Part shown: piece after piece, positions 40,232 to 50,509 of the stretch | How positions within the stretch are numbered: the stretch's first letter is position 1 | How the letters are laid out: the number at the start of each line of letters is the position of its first letter | Source of the DNA: Candidatus Multivoradales bacterium | Lineage (GTDB): Bacteria > Acidobacteriota > Thermoanaerobaculia > Multivoradales > JAHEKO01 | Length of the DNA: 64,000 nucleotides | Assembly: GCA_965248055.1 (NCBI GenBank) | Contig: CBDFIJ010000004.1 | Span: 928,001-992,000, forward strand | Reading direction: 5' to 3' | The notes under the pieces: generated by a model | Told to the model about the DNA's origin: nothing | The model's database searches: none | What the model saw: the letters and a program-made list of their open reading frames with translations, nothing else | Program-made: the position numbers and the translations under genes

Positions 40232-40454
40232 CAACTCCAACCACGACTGTTCCAAGCTCCTGACGCTGGGTGGCGGTCCCTGCTTGCAGCTTGAGTTTAC
40301 TTTCATCTGAAGCACGGCTGTGCTCTCAGGGCGAGTTGAGTTAGCGACCAAAGCCTGGCAACTCGATACGAGAGTGAATCGGAGTCTTGTACAATGAGGT
40401 GGTAACAGCGAGGCCAATCGCACCGCAATCAAACGAACAGAATTGAGGGAATCG

Positions 40455-40688
40455 ATGCCACACATCTCCATCCAATACTGCGTAGTCTGAAACTACCAAC
40501 CTCGAGCCGCCGGTCTGGCGGCTGAAATTACTGACGACTTTGGCATTGAGCCCGAGTTGATCAAAGGTTCTGGAGGGGTGTTCGAGGTCAATCTCGACGA
40601 CGAGCTGATCTACTCCAAGCGCACCCTGGGTCGGTTTCCGGAAGCGGGCGAGATCGCCACGATCCTCAAGCCCCGTCTCGATAGCTAG
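40455..40688 (+). CDS. SelT/SelW/SelH (Rdx family) selenoprotein, Sec at TGA 40488-40490; absent from the ORF track
   Basis: Manual translation MPHISIQYCVV-U-NYQPRAAGLAAEI..LIKGSGGVFEV..LIYSK..GRFPE; GAGGG RBS; SECIS downstream. Confidence 0.93.
40505..40523 (+). promoter_or_regulatory. Bacterial SECIS element for the Rdx selenoprotein
   Basis: Stem AGCCGCC/GGCGGCT with loop GGTCT, 21 nt after the UGA; resembles the apical GGUCU of E. coli fdhF SECIS. Confidence 0.85.
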
Positions 40689-40741
40689 GCAAGCCACAGC
40701 GTAGCGGCCTCAGGCCTTGGTCCTGCCGAGGATCTGTATCT

Positions 40742-42280
40742 CTAGTTGTCTTCGCTGGTGTCGTCCAGGATGTCGCTACGCCGCGCCTGAACCACAATTT
40801 CGATGTGCCCGGTCTGCGGGAACAGGTCGAGGAAGGTGATCTCTTCGATCTCGTACTGTTTGAACGACGCCAGATCTCGTGCCAGCGCTGCCGGGTGACA
40901 TGAGACATACGTCAGCCGCGGCACCACCGCCCGTTTGATCGCGCTACGGACATAGGGACTCAAGCCAGAACGCGGTGGATCGACCACCAAACGATCCACT
41001 GCGGGGGGTAAATCGCGCAACCAGGTCTGCACCGCTTGGTTGACCACAGTGACGTTGTCCAAGCCGTTCTTGCGCGCGTTGGTGCGCAAGTAACGACACG
41101 CAATGCGATCGCCTTCAACCGCCAACACTTTGCCGTAGCGCTGGGCCAACGGCAGGGTAAACAGACCCACCCCAGCGTAGAGCTCCACTGCCCGCTCCAT
41201 CCGATCGTCAGAATTCTCTGCGCTTTCCGAGCCGATCACCGCGTCGACCAGGTCTGCCAACAGCCCGCGATGGGTTTGGAAAAAGCATCGGGCGTCAAAT
41301 TCGTAGCTGTAGTCACCGACCTTGGCGGTTACCGGCCCACCAGTACCGCGAATCGTCGCCGGAGCAAAGGTCACGCGGCCTCTGTCGCCAACCGCCAGAT
41401 CGATGCGTCGCCCGAGTTGCCCTTCCAGAGAGCCGGGCAAATGCTGCACCAAAGCCTCCAACTCGGGAACCAGAACCGGGCACTCGCGCACCGGCACCAA
41501 ACGGTCGCTATGACGAGCCCAGTAACCGGATTGCATTGTCGGTTCGTTTGGCTCGCTGATCGTGCCGCTGACCGAGGCGCTAGCCGGGTCTTGCAACTGA
41601 TCCATGGTCGGATCGGTCGACTCGACTGGCTGCTGGTGCAAAGTGGTCCGCAAGCGGTAGTTCCACGACTCACCCCGAACGATCCTCACCTCTTCGGGCA
41701 GCGATCTACCACCGATACGCCGCAGGGTCTCGACCGCAGCTTCGACCTTGGCCTGTACTTGAGCCCGATACTCGAGGTGCTGCAGGTCACAGCCACCACA
41801 GTCGTCGTAATGGGCGCAGCGCGGCCGGATTCGATCCGGCCCGGGCTTGATCACCCGCTGGATAGTGCCGCGCGCGTAGTCCTTCTTCTGCTCAGTGAGT
41901 ACTACTTCAAGAACATCGCCGGGAGCGCTACGAGGAACAAAAATCGGTTTCCCCTCCAGGAAACCGAGCCCATCCCCGCCAGCCACCAATTTGGCGATCG
42001 CGACTTCCCGAATCTCGGCTTCCGCGGTCTCGACTTCCGCAGTCTGGGCGTCTACGGTATCCGCATCGGAGACATCAGCGTCTGAGATATCTGTATCTGG
42101 AGTATCTGTATCTGGGGTATCAGTATCCGGGGTATCCGTGCCCTGAGTACCAGCATCTTCAGGTTGGGTGTCAGAGGGTTCGCTGGCTGTGGACTGGTCG
42201 CCAGCAGCATCAACCTCGGCGGTCCCCTCGGTCTCTAGGCCTACATCTGGTCCCGATGCGGGAAGATCTTGTTTGGCCAT
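40742..42280 (-). CDS. TRAM-domain RNA (uracil-5)-methyltransferase, RlmD/RumA family, with acidic N-terminal extension
   Basis: TRAM domain, CAHYDDCGGCDLQH, FFQ, ELYAGVG, DPPRSG, YVSC, DLFPQTGHIE. Confidence 0.92.
   Translation of the reverse strand: MAKQDLPASGPDVGLETEGTAEVDAAGDQSTASEPSDTQPEDAGTQGTDTPDTDTPDTDTPDTDISDADVSDADTVDAQTAEVETAEAEIREVAIAKLVAGGDGLGFLEGKPIFVPRSAPGDVLEVVLTEQKKDYARGTIQRVIKPGPDRIRPRCAHYDDCGGCDLQHLEYRAQVQAKVEAAVETLRRIGGRSLPEEVRIVRGESWNYRLRTTLHQQPVESTDPTMDQLQDPASASVSGTISEPNEPTMQSGYWARHSDRLVPVRECPVLVPELEALVQHLPGSLEGQLGRRIDLAVGDRGRVTFAPATIRGTGGPVTAKVGDYSYEFDARCFFQTHRGLLADLVDAVIGSESAENSDDRMERAVELYAGVGLFTLPLAQRYGKVLAVEGDRIACRYLRTNARKNGLDNVTVVNQAVQTWLRDLPPAVDRLVVDPPRSGLSPYVRSAIKRAVVPRLTYVSCHPAALARDLASFKQYEIEEITFLDLFPQTGHIEIVVQARRSDILDDTSEDN
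42016..42137. repeat. Degenerate 15-bp (5-aa, DTPDT-like) coding tandem repeat
   Basis: DTPDT three times, then DISDA, DVSDA, DTVDA; boundaries approximate. Confidence 0.7.
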
Positions 42281-42318
42281 TGTTATGCCCAGTCACCAGT
42301 CCGACAAAAGGTCGGCAG

Positions 42319-43383
42319 CTAGATCTCTTGGTATAGCCAGCGGGTCAACGGGGCCAGACGACGATCCACCGAATCGGGGTCGGGGTCGATCAGCCACATA
42401 GCGGCCGCCACCGAGGAGAGCAGCGAGTTGCCGTCCTGCGGGGTAAAACAGAAACCATAAACTTCACGCTTGCGACGCACCAGCAGGGTCGGTGCGACCA
42501 CCACGGTCTGCGACAGGATGCGGCCATAGTAGCCATGGTCTCGTCCGAAGCTGAAGATCAGGTTGGCGTGCTGTTTGTCGGTGGTCGCGACCCGCGGATT
42601 CCCAGCCAGGCGCGAGATCACTTGATCCCGATCAACGTCGTGCGCCATGCGCAAGTTGAACCAGATCGAGTGCATGTACTGGGTATTGATCTTCACCGCA
42701 CTGGAAAACAGGTTGAGATCCATACCCAAGGTTTCGAAAACGCGGTGGGCGTCGCGAGCATGATGAGTACCAAACTCGGGATCATCGTGCCGCCCAACAT
42801 AAGGCGCCGGGATAAAGCTGGAGACTTGCGTGATGTCATTCGCCCGGCGCATGCAAACAAACTGCCCACCTTCGAGGCCGTAATCAGCGGCATCTGGGGC
42901 ACCCACAGTCTTGATCAGGGTCGCAATATTGTGGGTATTGCAGGAGACGATCTGGATATAGCGATCCTCGCCGGGAATCAAAGTCTCGTCGTTGACTCCC
43001 CGGGCATAAGGCTTGCCAAAACCCGCCTCACTGCCCTGCGCGAGAAAGCCCTTGGGGCCACTTATGCGCTCATAGTGCTTCTCTTTGTTGGCGTTGCCGG
43101 CGGGCGTACAATCGATCACCACGGTGGCGCGAGCGATCGCCTCCTCGGACTCCAAGCTCACGGTATGACCCAAGGCTTCAAAGTCCGCTTTGCGGTCAGA
43201 CTCGGTCGCCAGCAGCGCTCCGCGATCCTGCAGATGACGAATCCGCGAACGATCGGAGGCCAGCGGTGTTCGCTTATGAAAGGTCACCTCGTCAATACCT
43301 AGGTATTCACGAAAGTCGGTAAACAATCCGATTAAGGGCTCACCGATGGTGCCGGTTCCGACGATGTGTACGACCGTTTTCAT
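42319..43383 (-). CDS. Type II (archaeal-like) glyceraldehyde-3-phosphate dehydrogenase-related oxidoreductase
   Basis: GTGTIG, VIDCTP, AQGSE, IVSCNTH, RRAND, THHARD and TQYMH parallel archaeal GAPDH motifs. Confidence 0.75.
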   Translation of the reverse strand: MKTVVHIVGTGTIGEPLIGLFTDFREYLGIDEVTFHKRTPLASDRSRIRHLQDRGALLATESDRKADFEALGHTVSLESEEAIARATVVIDCTPAGNANKEKHYERISGPKGFLAQGSEAGFGKPYARGVNDETLIPGEDRYIQIVSCNTHNIATLIKTVGAPDAADYGLEGGQFVCMRRANDITQVSSFIPAPYVGRHDDPEFGTHHARDAHRVFETLGMDLNLFSSAVKINTQYMHSIWFNLRMAHDVDRDQVISRLAGNPRVATTDKQHANLIFSFGRDHGYYGRILSQTVVVAPTLLVRRKREVYGFCFTPQDGNSLLSSVAAAMWLIDPDPDSVDRRLAPLTRWLYQEI

Positions 43384-43517
43384 ACTTCTACTCCAGAAGC
43401 TAGTTGCGGGGTTTTCTTGGTGGATCTAGGCGCCCGAATCGCTGTCGGATGCAACTGCAGTTTATCACAAGGAAAGAGCACCAATAAACGCCAGGGTGAG
43501 CCTTTTCGAGCCGCTAA

Positions 43518-43724
43518 CTAGCCTTCCCACTCAGGGTCTCGCTGAGCAAACTCATCCAACTGTTTGGGCACTTCGATAAGGGTTCGGGTGACGTTCGGGT
43601 CGCAGGTATCGTTCTCGCACTCATAGCTGTAAACGTTCGCTTCCTCTTGGAGCGCGTATCCGGACAAGGTTTGATAGGTGTTGCAGTTGCCACATTTGAC
43701 GGAGACATTGCGGATGTTGATCAT
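43518..43724 (-). CDS. Small zinc-ribbon-like hypothetical protein
   Basis: CGNC and CENDTC cysteine pairs; co-oriented between neighbours. Confidence 0.65.
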   Translation of the reverse strand: MINIRNVSVKCGNCNTYQTLSGYALQEEANVYSYECENDTCDPNVTRTLIEVPKQLDEFAQRDPEWEG

Positions 43725-43791
43725 CGGTGGATTCTAGCCTCAAAAAAAATCGTTGATCACGGCGACCAGAGTGTCCATCGAGCAACAAGCG

Positions 43792-44322
43792 CTAGCTCAA
43801 CTGCAACGCCGCCGCGATCTCTTTGCGCAGCGCCCCTTTCGAGGTCACTCCGAAACGCAGAAACTCGATATCCCCTTCTTTACCAACGATCATCAAGGTT
43901 GGCAAACCGATGATCTCCAAGGCATTGGCCAGCCTCTCACTTTGATCCAGCCACACTGGATAGCTGATTTCACTACGCTGCAGGAACTGCCCGACCTTTT
44001 CTGGGGATTCCCCCAAATCGACCGCGACAAACTCCACTGGCTGATCAGCGTATTCAGGCAGGAGCTCCTCGAGGATCTTCGACTGGGCGCGGCAGGGCGC
44101 ACACCAAGTGGCCCAAAAGTCGACCAGCACCACCCTCCCGGAGAAATCGGTAAGCCGCACCTCTTCGCCTTCCAGGGTTGTCAAAGCGATCGACAGGGCA
44201 TCCGCAGATGGGTACTCCTGGGGCGACACGGTTCCACCACAGCCGACAACCAACCCTGAGGTGATCACCACCAGCGCCAAATATGCCGATCGTGAGGTTG
44301 TCCAATTAAGTTGCTTGCTCAA
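43792..44322 (-). CDS. TlpA/ResA family thiol-disulfide oxidoreductase lipoprotein
   Basis: [15 protein letters not shown], lipobox VVGC. Confidence 0.92.
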   Translation of the reverse strand: MSKQLNWTTSRSAYLALVVITSGLVVGCGGTVSPQEYPSADALSIALTTLEGEEVRLTDFSGRVVLVDFWATWCAPCRAQSKILEELLPEYADQPVEFVAVDLGESPEKVGQFLQRSEISYPVWLDQSERLANALEIIGLPTLMIVGKEGDIEFLRFGVTSKGALRKEIAAALQLS

Positions 44323-44348
44323 CCAACTTACTCCTTGCGCTGCATTCC

Positions 44349-45047
44349 CTAGCTAGCCCCGACAAAGGCAAATCCACGCTGACGGTGCCACGCATGGGGG
44401 TCTTCAAAATAACGATCAATTTCTTCTACCGTCCCGGTTTCGAGTAGACCGAGTTCAATTCCTGAGGCCAGAGCCGTCGCCCGACCGACCAACGGGTGGA
44501 GGGTCACACCACGCTCAACCAGAAGCTTGCCGCCACCTTGTTCTCGATCGAACAAAACCAGGACATCTTCGACCACTGTCTTGACCGAATGCAGTGCGTC
44601 AAGAAACGGTAACTTCGAACCACCATCGGTGATCAAGTCTTCGACCAACAACACCCGCCATCCTTCGGTCACCTTGCCTTCGACCTGCGAATCGGTGCCG
44701 TAGCCCTTGGACGACTTACGCACGTAGAGCAGGGGCCGGTTCAAGTCTACGGCCAAGTAGGAACCGTACGGGATGCCCGCGGTCGCCCCACCGGCTACCG
44801 CATCAAAGCGCACGCTAGCCAGCGCGGAGCGCGCGGCGGCGGTGAACAGTCGCATGAAGTTCGGCGAGGAAATGACGGTTCGGCAATTGATGTAGATCGG
44901 ACTTCGGTTGCCCGAAGCCAGGGTGAACGGTTGGTCGACGTCGACCCGAATTGCTCCATGGCTCCACAACGCACGAGTCAATGCGGTCTCAATCGGTTCG
45001 CCATGGGCTAGAGCCTGACTGGAAATTGGATTCGAAGAGTCACTCAT
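44349..45047 (-). CDS. pyrE: Orotate phosphoribosyltransferase
   Basis: [35 protein letters not shown]. Confidence 0.92.
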   Translation of the reverse strand: MSDSSNPISSQALAHGEPIETALTRALWSHGAIRVDVDQPFTLASGNRSPIYINCRTVISSPNFMRLFTAAARSALASVRFDAVAGGATAGIPYGSYLAVDLNRPLLYVRKSSKGYGTDSQVEGKVTEGWRVLLVEDLITDGGSKLPFLDALHSVKTVVEDVLVLFDREQGGGKLLVERGVTLHPLVGRATALASGIELGLLETGTVEEIDRYFEDPHAWHRQRGFAFVGAS

Positions 45048-45157
45048 AGGTCCATTCTCGACAGCGTTCATTATCGACAGCGCATTATGGCATCGTGCAA
45101 CACCAACCGGCCGAGGGATGTTGTCCTCTTCTCGGGCAGCTCTGCTAACGTCGTGCG

Positions 45158-45925
45158 GTGGCAACTTGGGTTATTGGCGACGTGCATGGCTGCTACAAGC
45201 CGCTCAAGAAACTGGTGCGTCGACTCGAACTGAAACCACACAAAGACACCCTGTGGATGACGGGAGATTTGGTCAACCGGGGCCCCAAGTCGGACCGAGT
45301 ACTACGCTGGTCTATCCAGCGCGAACAGCAGTTAGGGGATCGATTTCAAGTGGTCTTAGGCAACCATGACCTGCACGCACTGGCGGTTCACTACGGGGTC
45401 CGACGCGCCAGACAGGGAGACACCCTAAAGGTGTTGATGAAGGCTGACGACCGCAAATCGCTGATGGATTGGCTTGTCCGTCGACCGTTTCTGGTTCGCC
45501 AGGGAAAACAAGTCCTGGTCCACGCCGGCTTGCTGCCGGAATGGACACCGAAAAAGGCGGAGCGGATCGCCAGCCAACTCAGCGGGCGGTTGATCGCCAA
45601 CCCCAAGGCATTCCTCAAGGGCAATAAGCTCGGGGATCGCCAGAAAGACGCCCTGGCAGCGTTGACCCGCCTGCGGACTCTCAACAAAGCTGATCGACCC
45701 GGCCGCTACAGCGGACCTCTGGACAAGCTACCCAAGGGACTGACGCCATGGTTTCGCCATCCCGAACGAAGAAGCGCCAAAGCTCGTATCTTGTGCGGCC
45801 ACTGGGCGGCCCTCGGGCTGCATCAAGAGGCAAATGTCAGCGCACTCGACACCGGTTGCGTCTGGGGTGGAACCCTGACTGCCATCAGGCTGTCGGACGG
45901 CAAGATCATCCAAGAGCCTCGCTAG
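45158..45925 (+). CDS. apaH: Symmetrical bis(5'-nucleosyl)-tetraphosphatase
   Basis: IGDVHGC, GDLVNRGP, LGNHD, VHAG, GHWAALG, LDTGCVWGG. Confidence 0.93.
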   Translation: MATWVIGDVHGCYKPLKKLVRRLELKPHKDTLWMTGDLVNRGPKSDRVLRWSIQREQQLGDRFQVVLGNHDLHALAVHYGVRRARQGDTLKVLMKADDRKSLMDWLVRRPFLVRQGKQVLVHAGLLPEWTPKKAERIASQLSGRLIANPKAFLKGNKLGDRQKDALAALTRLRTLNKADRPGRYSGPLDKLPKGLTPWFRHPERRSAKARILCGHWAALGLHQEANVSALDTGCVWGGTLTAIRLSDGKIIQEPR

Positions 45926-45993
45926 CAACCGGCGGAGGTTGTCAAGGTATCGGAGGGCTTTCAGTCAGGCTGGCGCATGCTACCGTTTGGGTC

Positions 45994-48813
45994 ATGAAAA
46001 TCCGACTTGCAGTTCTCACCACCGTTCTTGTCTTGGGTTGCCGCACGGGGGCTCCGGTAGCCGACTCATCGGCGGACCACCCGGAGCAATCGCGGTTTGG
46101 CACTTTGCAGTTTGTCGGCGCGATAGCGCCTTCCAGCGCGCTGGAAAACGCCAAGATCGGTGGACTCTCGGGGATTGTGTGGGACGGCCAACGAAGTCTG
46201 CTACTGGCGATCTCCGACGATCCTGGCACCCATGGCGACCCGAGATTTATTGAGTTCGAGCTGCAATTGCCTTCGGACCAACAGGCTGGGTCTTGGACCG
46301 CAAGCCGCGCCGTGACGCTATCCACATCGGACGGCGAGTCTTTTGTCCACGACACGATTGACGCTGAGAGTATCGACTTGTTCGGTGAAGGGTTGGTCAT
46401 TACCTCGGAAGGGGGCAAGCAGGGCCAACCCTTTGTCCGCACCTTCGACCTAGAAGGCAACCAGATCGAGGTTGTATCCATGCCCAGCTACATGCTGTAT
46501 GGCGAAGACGTTGGCGCTAGACCCAATATGGCGATTGAATCCGTTAGCGCGTTGCCCAACGGAACTCTGTTCGCCGGGTTTGAGAACGCGCTAGTTCAAG
46601 ACGGGCCAGCAGCTTCGGTCGATCAACCCAGCCCAGCAAGAATCTTGCGTTGGCAGGGTAAGGGTGCGGCTGAGTTTGTCTATCCGACCGACCCAGTGGT
46701 CGACGCCCCCCTGCAAGAGGGAGGGTTCCACACCAACGGACTGGTGGAGCTACTTGCCCTCGATGACCAACATTTGCTGGCGCTCGAGCGATCCTACACA
46801 GCCGGTTTTCTGGTTCACGTGCGTCTTTATTCGGTCGATCTTTCTCAGGCTACCGACGTCTCCGCCACCAGTTCCATCGGGGACTCGTATCAGCCGGCAG
46901 CAAAAACACTGCTCGCCGACTTAGACGACCTGGGCTTCAACGTTGACAATCTGGAGGGGCTTGCGTGGGGGCCGACGATGGCCGATGGCCGCAAGAGCCT
47001 GCTGATGGTGTCGGATGACAACTTCAGCCCGTTGCAACGCACCCACCTCTTGGTCTTCGCAGTGGGCGAAAAGACACCGACCATCAGCCAAATCCAAAGC
47101 GCAGGTCACAGGTCTCCCTTTGAAGACCAATGGCTGTTTGATGTTGCAGGCACCGTCACCCAGGCAGTCGAAATCGCGGAACGACCCGGGCTGGCGTGGA
47201 TCCAAACCAGCGGAGACCAGGACCTGAATACCTCCGACGGCCTGCGCATCCGCTATGACTGGAGCGACGTTTCGCTGCGTCCCGGCGATTCGATCGTCGT
47301 CAGTGGCCAACTCAGAGAAGAAGGTCGAGAGGGCGAGCTCTCGGTGACCACCTTGACCGCCAACACAGTGATGGTCACTGGAACCGACGACATTCCTGCC
47401 GCAGTCTCTCTGGACCCACAAGTCGAGCTAGCCAGCGCCGCGACTAGACCGTTTGGTGATCTGCCCTTGGACGATGACGCAATGAACACGTTCAGCCCAG
47501 AGCAAAGCTCTGTCGACCTTCTAGAGTCGCTGGAAGGGATGCGGGTCACTATCTCGGAATCCACTTCGGTCTCTGGGACTTCTCGATTCGGAGAAATCGT
47601 ACTGTCGCCCGGTGGGGCGAACGGGGTGCGATCGCAGGCTGGCGGTGTCGTCTTGACCCCAGAATCTTTTAACTCACAGCGACTGGTCGCGGTGAGCGTT
47701 GGTGCGACGCAGTCGCCGACGGTCAAAGTGGGAGATTACTTTGAGCGGCCGATCACCGGCGTGCTGGACTACAGCTTCGCCAACTTCCGGCTCCGAGTCG
47801 AAGACTGGCCCACACCAACATTAAGAGTGCTTTCCGAACCACAACCTCTGTGGGACATCTACGACGACGACTTCACTTTTGCCACCTACAACGTCCTCAA
47901 CCTAGATCCTGAGGACGGCGAACAATTTGACCAAGTCGCTATTTCGATCGTCGATCAACTGTTGTCCCCGGACGTTTTGGCGCTGCAGGAAATCCAAGAC
48001 GACAATGGGGCAAACGACGAAGGAGTCACCTCGGCCAATCTGACCCTGACGATGCTGATTGAGGCGATCCAGATTGCTGGAGGTCCCGACTACGCCTACG
48101 CCCAAATCGACCCGCTGCACAACGCCGAAGGTGGTCAGCCGTTCGGCAATATTCGCAACGTCTATCTCTATCAACCAGATCGGGTTCAGCTGATCAAGGA
48201 CGGTCATGCTGACTCAGATACCTCTATTATGGTGGCACCCGACGGGGGATTCGACCCAAGCCCGGGACGGGTGGCGGTTGAAGATCCGGGATTTGCCGGA
48301 GATCTTAATCGGGGCTGGGAAGCCAATCGCCCCTGTTTGGCGGCAGAATTCTTGGTGTCGGGTGACCGATGGCAGTTCATCAACTGCCACCTCAAGTCGA
48401 AACGCGGTGACGATCGCCTATTTGGCTCCAACCAGCCACCAGTTTTTCATACCGAAGGTCAGCGCAGCGCGCAGACTCAATCACTGGCATCAGTCGCTGA
48501 GGAAGTGCTACTAGCCAACCCGGAGGCCAGACTGGTGGTATTGGGCGACACCAACGAGCACGATTTCCGCGCTCCGATTGCGGAACTCACTTCCGTTGGG
48601 TTGGAAAACCTAGTTGAGCGGATACCGCAGGCCGAGCGCTACAGCTACAACTTCAACGGCAACTCGCAGCTTCTGGATAATGTCCTGGTCAGCCCGGCGG
48701 TCGTCGAATGCTCGCCCGAAGTCGCCATAGCCCACATCAACGTCGACTTTCCCGACGCCGGACGAGCCAGCGACCATGACCCGATCGCAGTGCGTGTTCC
48801 GTCCTGTGATTAG
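45994..48813 (+). CDS. Lipoprotein fusing an esterase-like-activity-of-phytase domain to an ExeM/NucH-type extracellular endonuclease/phosphatase
   Basis: Lipobox VLGC; GGLSG, ISDD, DNLEG, SDDNF; then OB folds and TYNVLN, LQEIQD, HLKSK, GDTN, SDHDP. Confidence 0.88.
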   Translation: MKIRLAVLTTVLVLGCRTGAPVADSSADHPEQSRFGTLQFVGAIAPSSALENAKIGGLSGIVWDGQRSLLLAISDDPGTHGDPRFIEFELQLPSDQQAGSWTASRAVTLSTSDGESFVHDTIDAESIDLFGEGLVITSEGGKQGQPFVRTFDLEGNQIEVVSMPSYMLYGEDVGARPNMAIESVSALPNGTLFAGFENALVQDGPAASVDQPSPARILRWQGKGAAEFVYPTDPVVDAPLQEGGFHTNGLVELLALDDQHLLALERSYTAGFLVHVRLYSVDLSQATDVSATSSIGDSYQPAAKTLLADLDDLGFNVDNLEGLAWGPTMADGRKSLLMVSDDNFSPLQRTHLLVFAVGEKTPTISQIQSAGHRSPFEDQWLFDVAGTVTQAVEIAERPGLAWIQTSGDQDLNTSDGLRIRYDWSDVSLRPGDSIVVSGQLREEGREGELSVTTLTANTVMVTGTDDIPAAVSLDPQVELASAATRPFGDLPLDDDAMNTFSPEQSSVDLLESLEGMRVTISESTSVSGTSRFGEIVLSPGGANGVRSQAGGVVLTPESFNSQRLVAVSVGATQSPTVKVGDYFERPITGVLDYSFANFRLRVEDWPTPTLRVLSEPQPLWDIYDDDFTFATYNVLNLDPEDGEQFDQVAISIVDQLLSPDVLALQEIQDDNGANDEGVTSANLTLTMLIEAIQIAGGPDYAYAQIDPLHNAEGGQPFGNIRNVYLYQPDRVQLIKDGHADSDTSIMVAPDGGFDPSPGRVAVEDPGFAGDLNRGWEANRPCLAAEFLVSGDRWQFINCHLKSKRGDDRLFGSNQPPVFHTEGQRSAQTQSLASVAEEVLLANPEARLVVLGDTNEHDFRAPIAELTSVGLENLVERIPQAERYSYNFNGNSQLLDNVLVSPAVVECSPEVAIAHINVDFPDAGRASDHDPIAVRVPSCD

Positions 48814-49199
48814 GGTTTATCAGGGTCGGGGTGAGGCCACGCCAGCGTACTGAGGCCATAGACGGCGTCCGGCTCGCTCGGAACCAGGATCAAAAAGAGC
48901 CGACACTGCAATTTGCGCTAGAAGGGTTCAACCTCAACATACAAGCTAATTTGCACCTTACCGACGCGTGAAGGAGGCGGCTGATAACCACCTTCGACCG
49001 CGGTAGCTATGTTGGGTTGCTCTGGCCGGGGTGGCACGCCCGCAGTGTCACGCAGAGCTTCACATAAGATCTGCTTGCTTCTTGCCATTGTGTTTCGCCC
49101 TTATTTTTCCCGGGAGTGACAATGCTCCATGCTGCGATGATGGAACATTTAAAGGGAGCCTTGCCGTGGCTGTCAGCGCTGCTCAAGTTGTTTGGGTTG

Positions 49200-50195
49200 C
49201 TAGACGATGAGTGGGAGGTCGTCGGCTAGCGAGCGGCCGTCCTCGTCGGCGATGCGGTAGCAGGGCGGGAACGGCGAGTTTCGAACCTGGTGGGCCTGGC
49301 CGGAGTGGTAGACCTCCGAGAAGGTCTGCTCGCCGACGTTTCCCATCACCGTGTAGTCCTTGGCGATGTCGCACCCCAGGACGTTGAGCTTGGAGTCGAT
49401 CTGTAGGTGCGATAGGCCCGCCGAGCAGGAGGCGCAGTCGAAGCTCGCCGTCTCCTCCATCGAGAATTCCGCCCTTGCGACGGCCTGCCCCCGCGACCTC
49501 AGTTGGACGCGCAAGGACGGCAGGAGCAAGTCCGGTGGAAAGCGCTTCGCGTACTCCCCCAGGTGGGTCCAGAAGTCGTCGGCGTCGTCCTCGTCGAGGA
49601 GCAGCTCCGGGTGAAGCAACGCCTGTTCAGTCCGTTGCACATTCAGAAAATGGAACCGCTTCACCCGCGGATAGAACGCGTCGATCATCAAGTGGACCTT
49701 CGACAGGTTCAGCTTGTGGACGACGCAGGCCAGTTGCAGGTCGATGCTCGATGCGGCAACGCGTTCGATGGTTGCCACGGCGCGGTCCGTCTCGCCCCGC
49801 ACCACGTTGTTGACTTCGGGATCAGGCGAATCGAGCGAGATCTGCAACATGAAATTCGTCAAATCGGTGTTCTCTTCGAGGACGCGGATCATGTCCGGGT
49901 CGATGGCCACGCCGTTCGACAGGACACCGACCCGGATGCCTCGTCGAGTACCGTGGAGGATGAGTTCTAGGATGTCGGGATGGAGGAACGGCTCACCACC
50001 GGCCAGGGTGATGTTGAACACCCCGATGTCCGCCATCTCGTCGATCAGCTCCAGAGCGCGTCGGGTGCCGATGCGGCGCCCTGAAAAGGGCATGGCGTAG
50101 CAGTATTTGCAGGCCAGGTCACAGTAGTCGGTGATCCACATACACACCGTAAACGGTGCGCGCAGGGGTGACCGGGTCTCTGGGACTTTCATCAT
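49200..50195 (-). CDS. Radical SAM peptide maturase (PqqE/MftC-like) with a short SPASM/twitch domain
   Basis: CDLACKYC, AGGEPF, LSNG, QISLDS; C-terminal CASCSAG..GCD..MGNV..PPC; GAGGAG RBS. Confidence 0.92.
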   Translation of the reverse strand: MMKVPETRSPLRAPFTVCMWITDYCDLACKYCYAMPFSGRRIGTRRALELIDEMADIGVFNITLAGGEPFLHPDILELILHGTRRGIRVGVLSNGVAIDPDMIRVLEENTDLTNFMLQISLDSPDPEVNNVVRGETDRAVATIERVAASSIDLQLACVVHKLNLSKVHLMIDAFYPRVKRFHFLNVQRTEQALLHPELLLDEDDADDFWTHLGEYAKRFPPDLLLPSLRVQLRSRGQAVARAEFSMEETASFDCASCSAGLSHLQIDSKLNVLGCDIAKDYTVMGNVGEQTFSEVYHSGQAHQVRNSPFPPCYRIADEDGRSLADDLPLIV

Positions 50196-50227
50196 GCTCT
50201 CCTCAAGCGGCTGGTTGGAAATCGACG

Positions 50228-50488
50228 CTAGGTGCCTTCCGGGCTCAGCGTGGGCAAAATCGACTGCTCGTGCAGGTAGTCCACGAACCTCTTGACGTCC
50301 TTTGCGCGGAAGTCGGTCGACCTGAAGCTGCGAAGATCCTGCTTGCGATCTCGGTACGCAGCCCGCAAGTCATTAAACAGCCGGAAGCCGGATTCGTTTA
50401 CTCTATATACCGTGTCTGACACGGTGTCGTACAGGATGCCTCCGAAGTCCTCTTCCCTGGTTTTGATGTTTTCGAACGGTTCGGCCAA
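50228..50488 (-). CDS. PqqD/MftB-like RiPP recognition element (RRE)
   Basis: REEDFGGILYD..VYRVNESG..DVKRFVDYLHEQSIL; lies between the precursor and the rSAM; TTG start has no obvious RBS. Confidence 0.82.
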   Translation of the reverse strand: MAEPFENIKTREEDFGGILYDTVSDTVYRVNESGFRLFNDLRAAYRDRKQDLRSFRSTDFRAKDVKRFVDYLHEQSILPTLSPEGT

Positions 50489-50509
50489 ACTGGCCGCGAG
50501 GACAGACTC

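Noticed and set aside
40341-40697. 118-aa minus-strand ORF
   Set aside because: Antisense shadow of the plus-strand Rdx selenoprotein.
41036-42085. 349-aa plus-strand ORF
   Set aside because: Antisense shadow of the RlmD-family gene.
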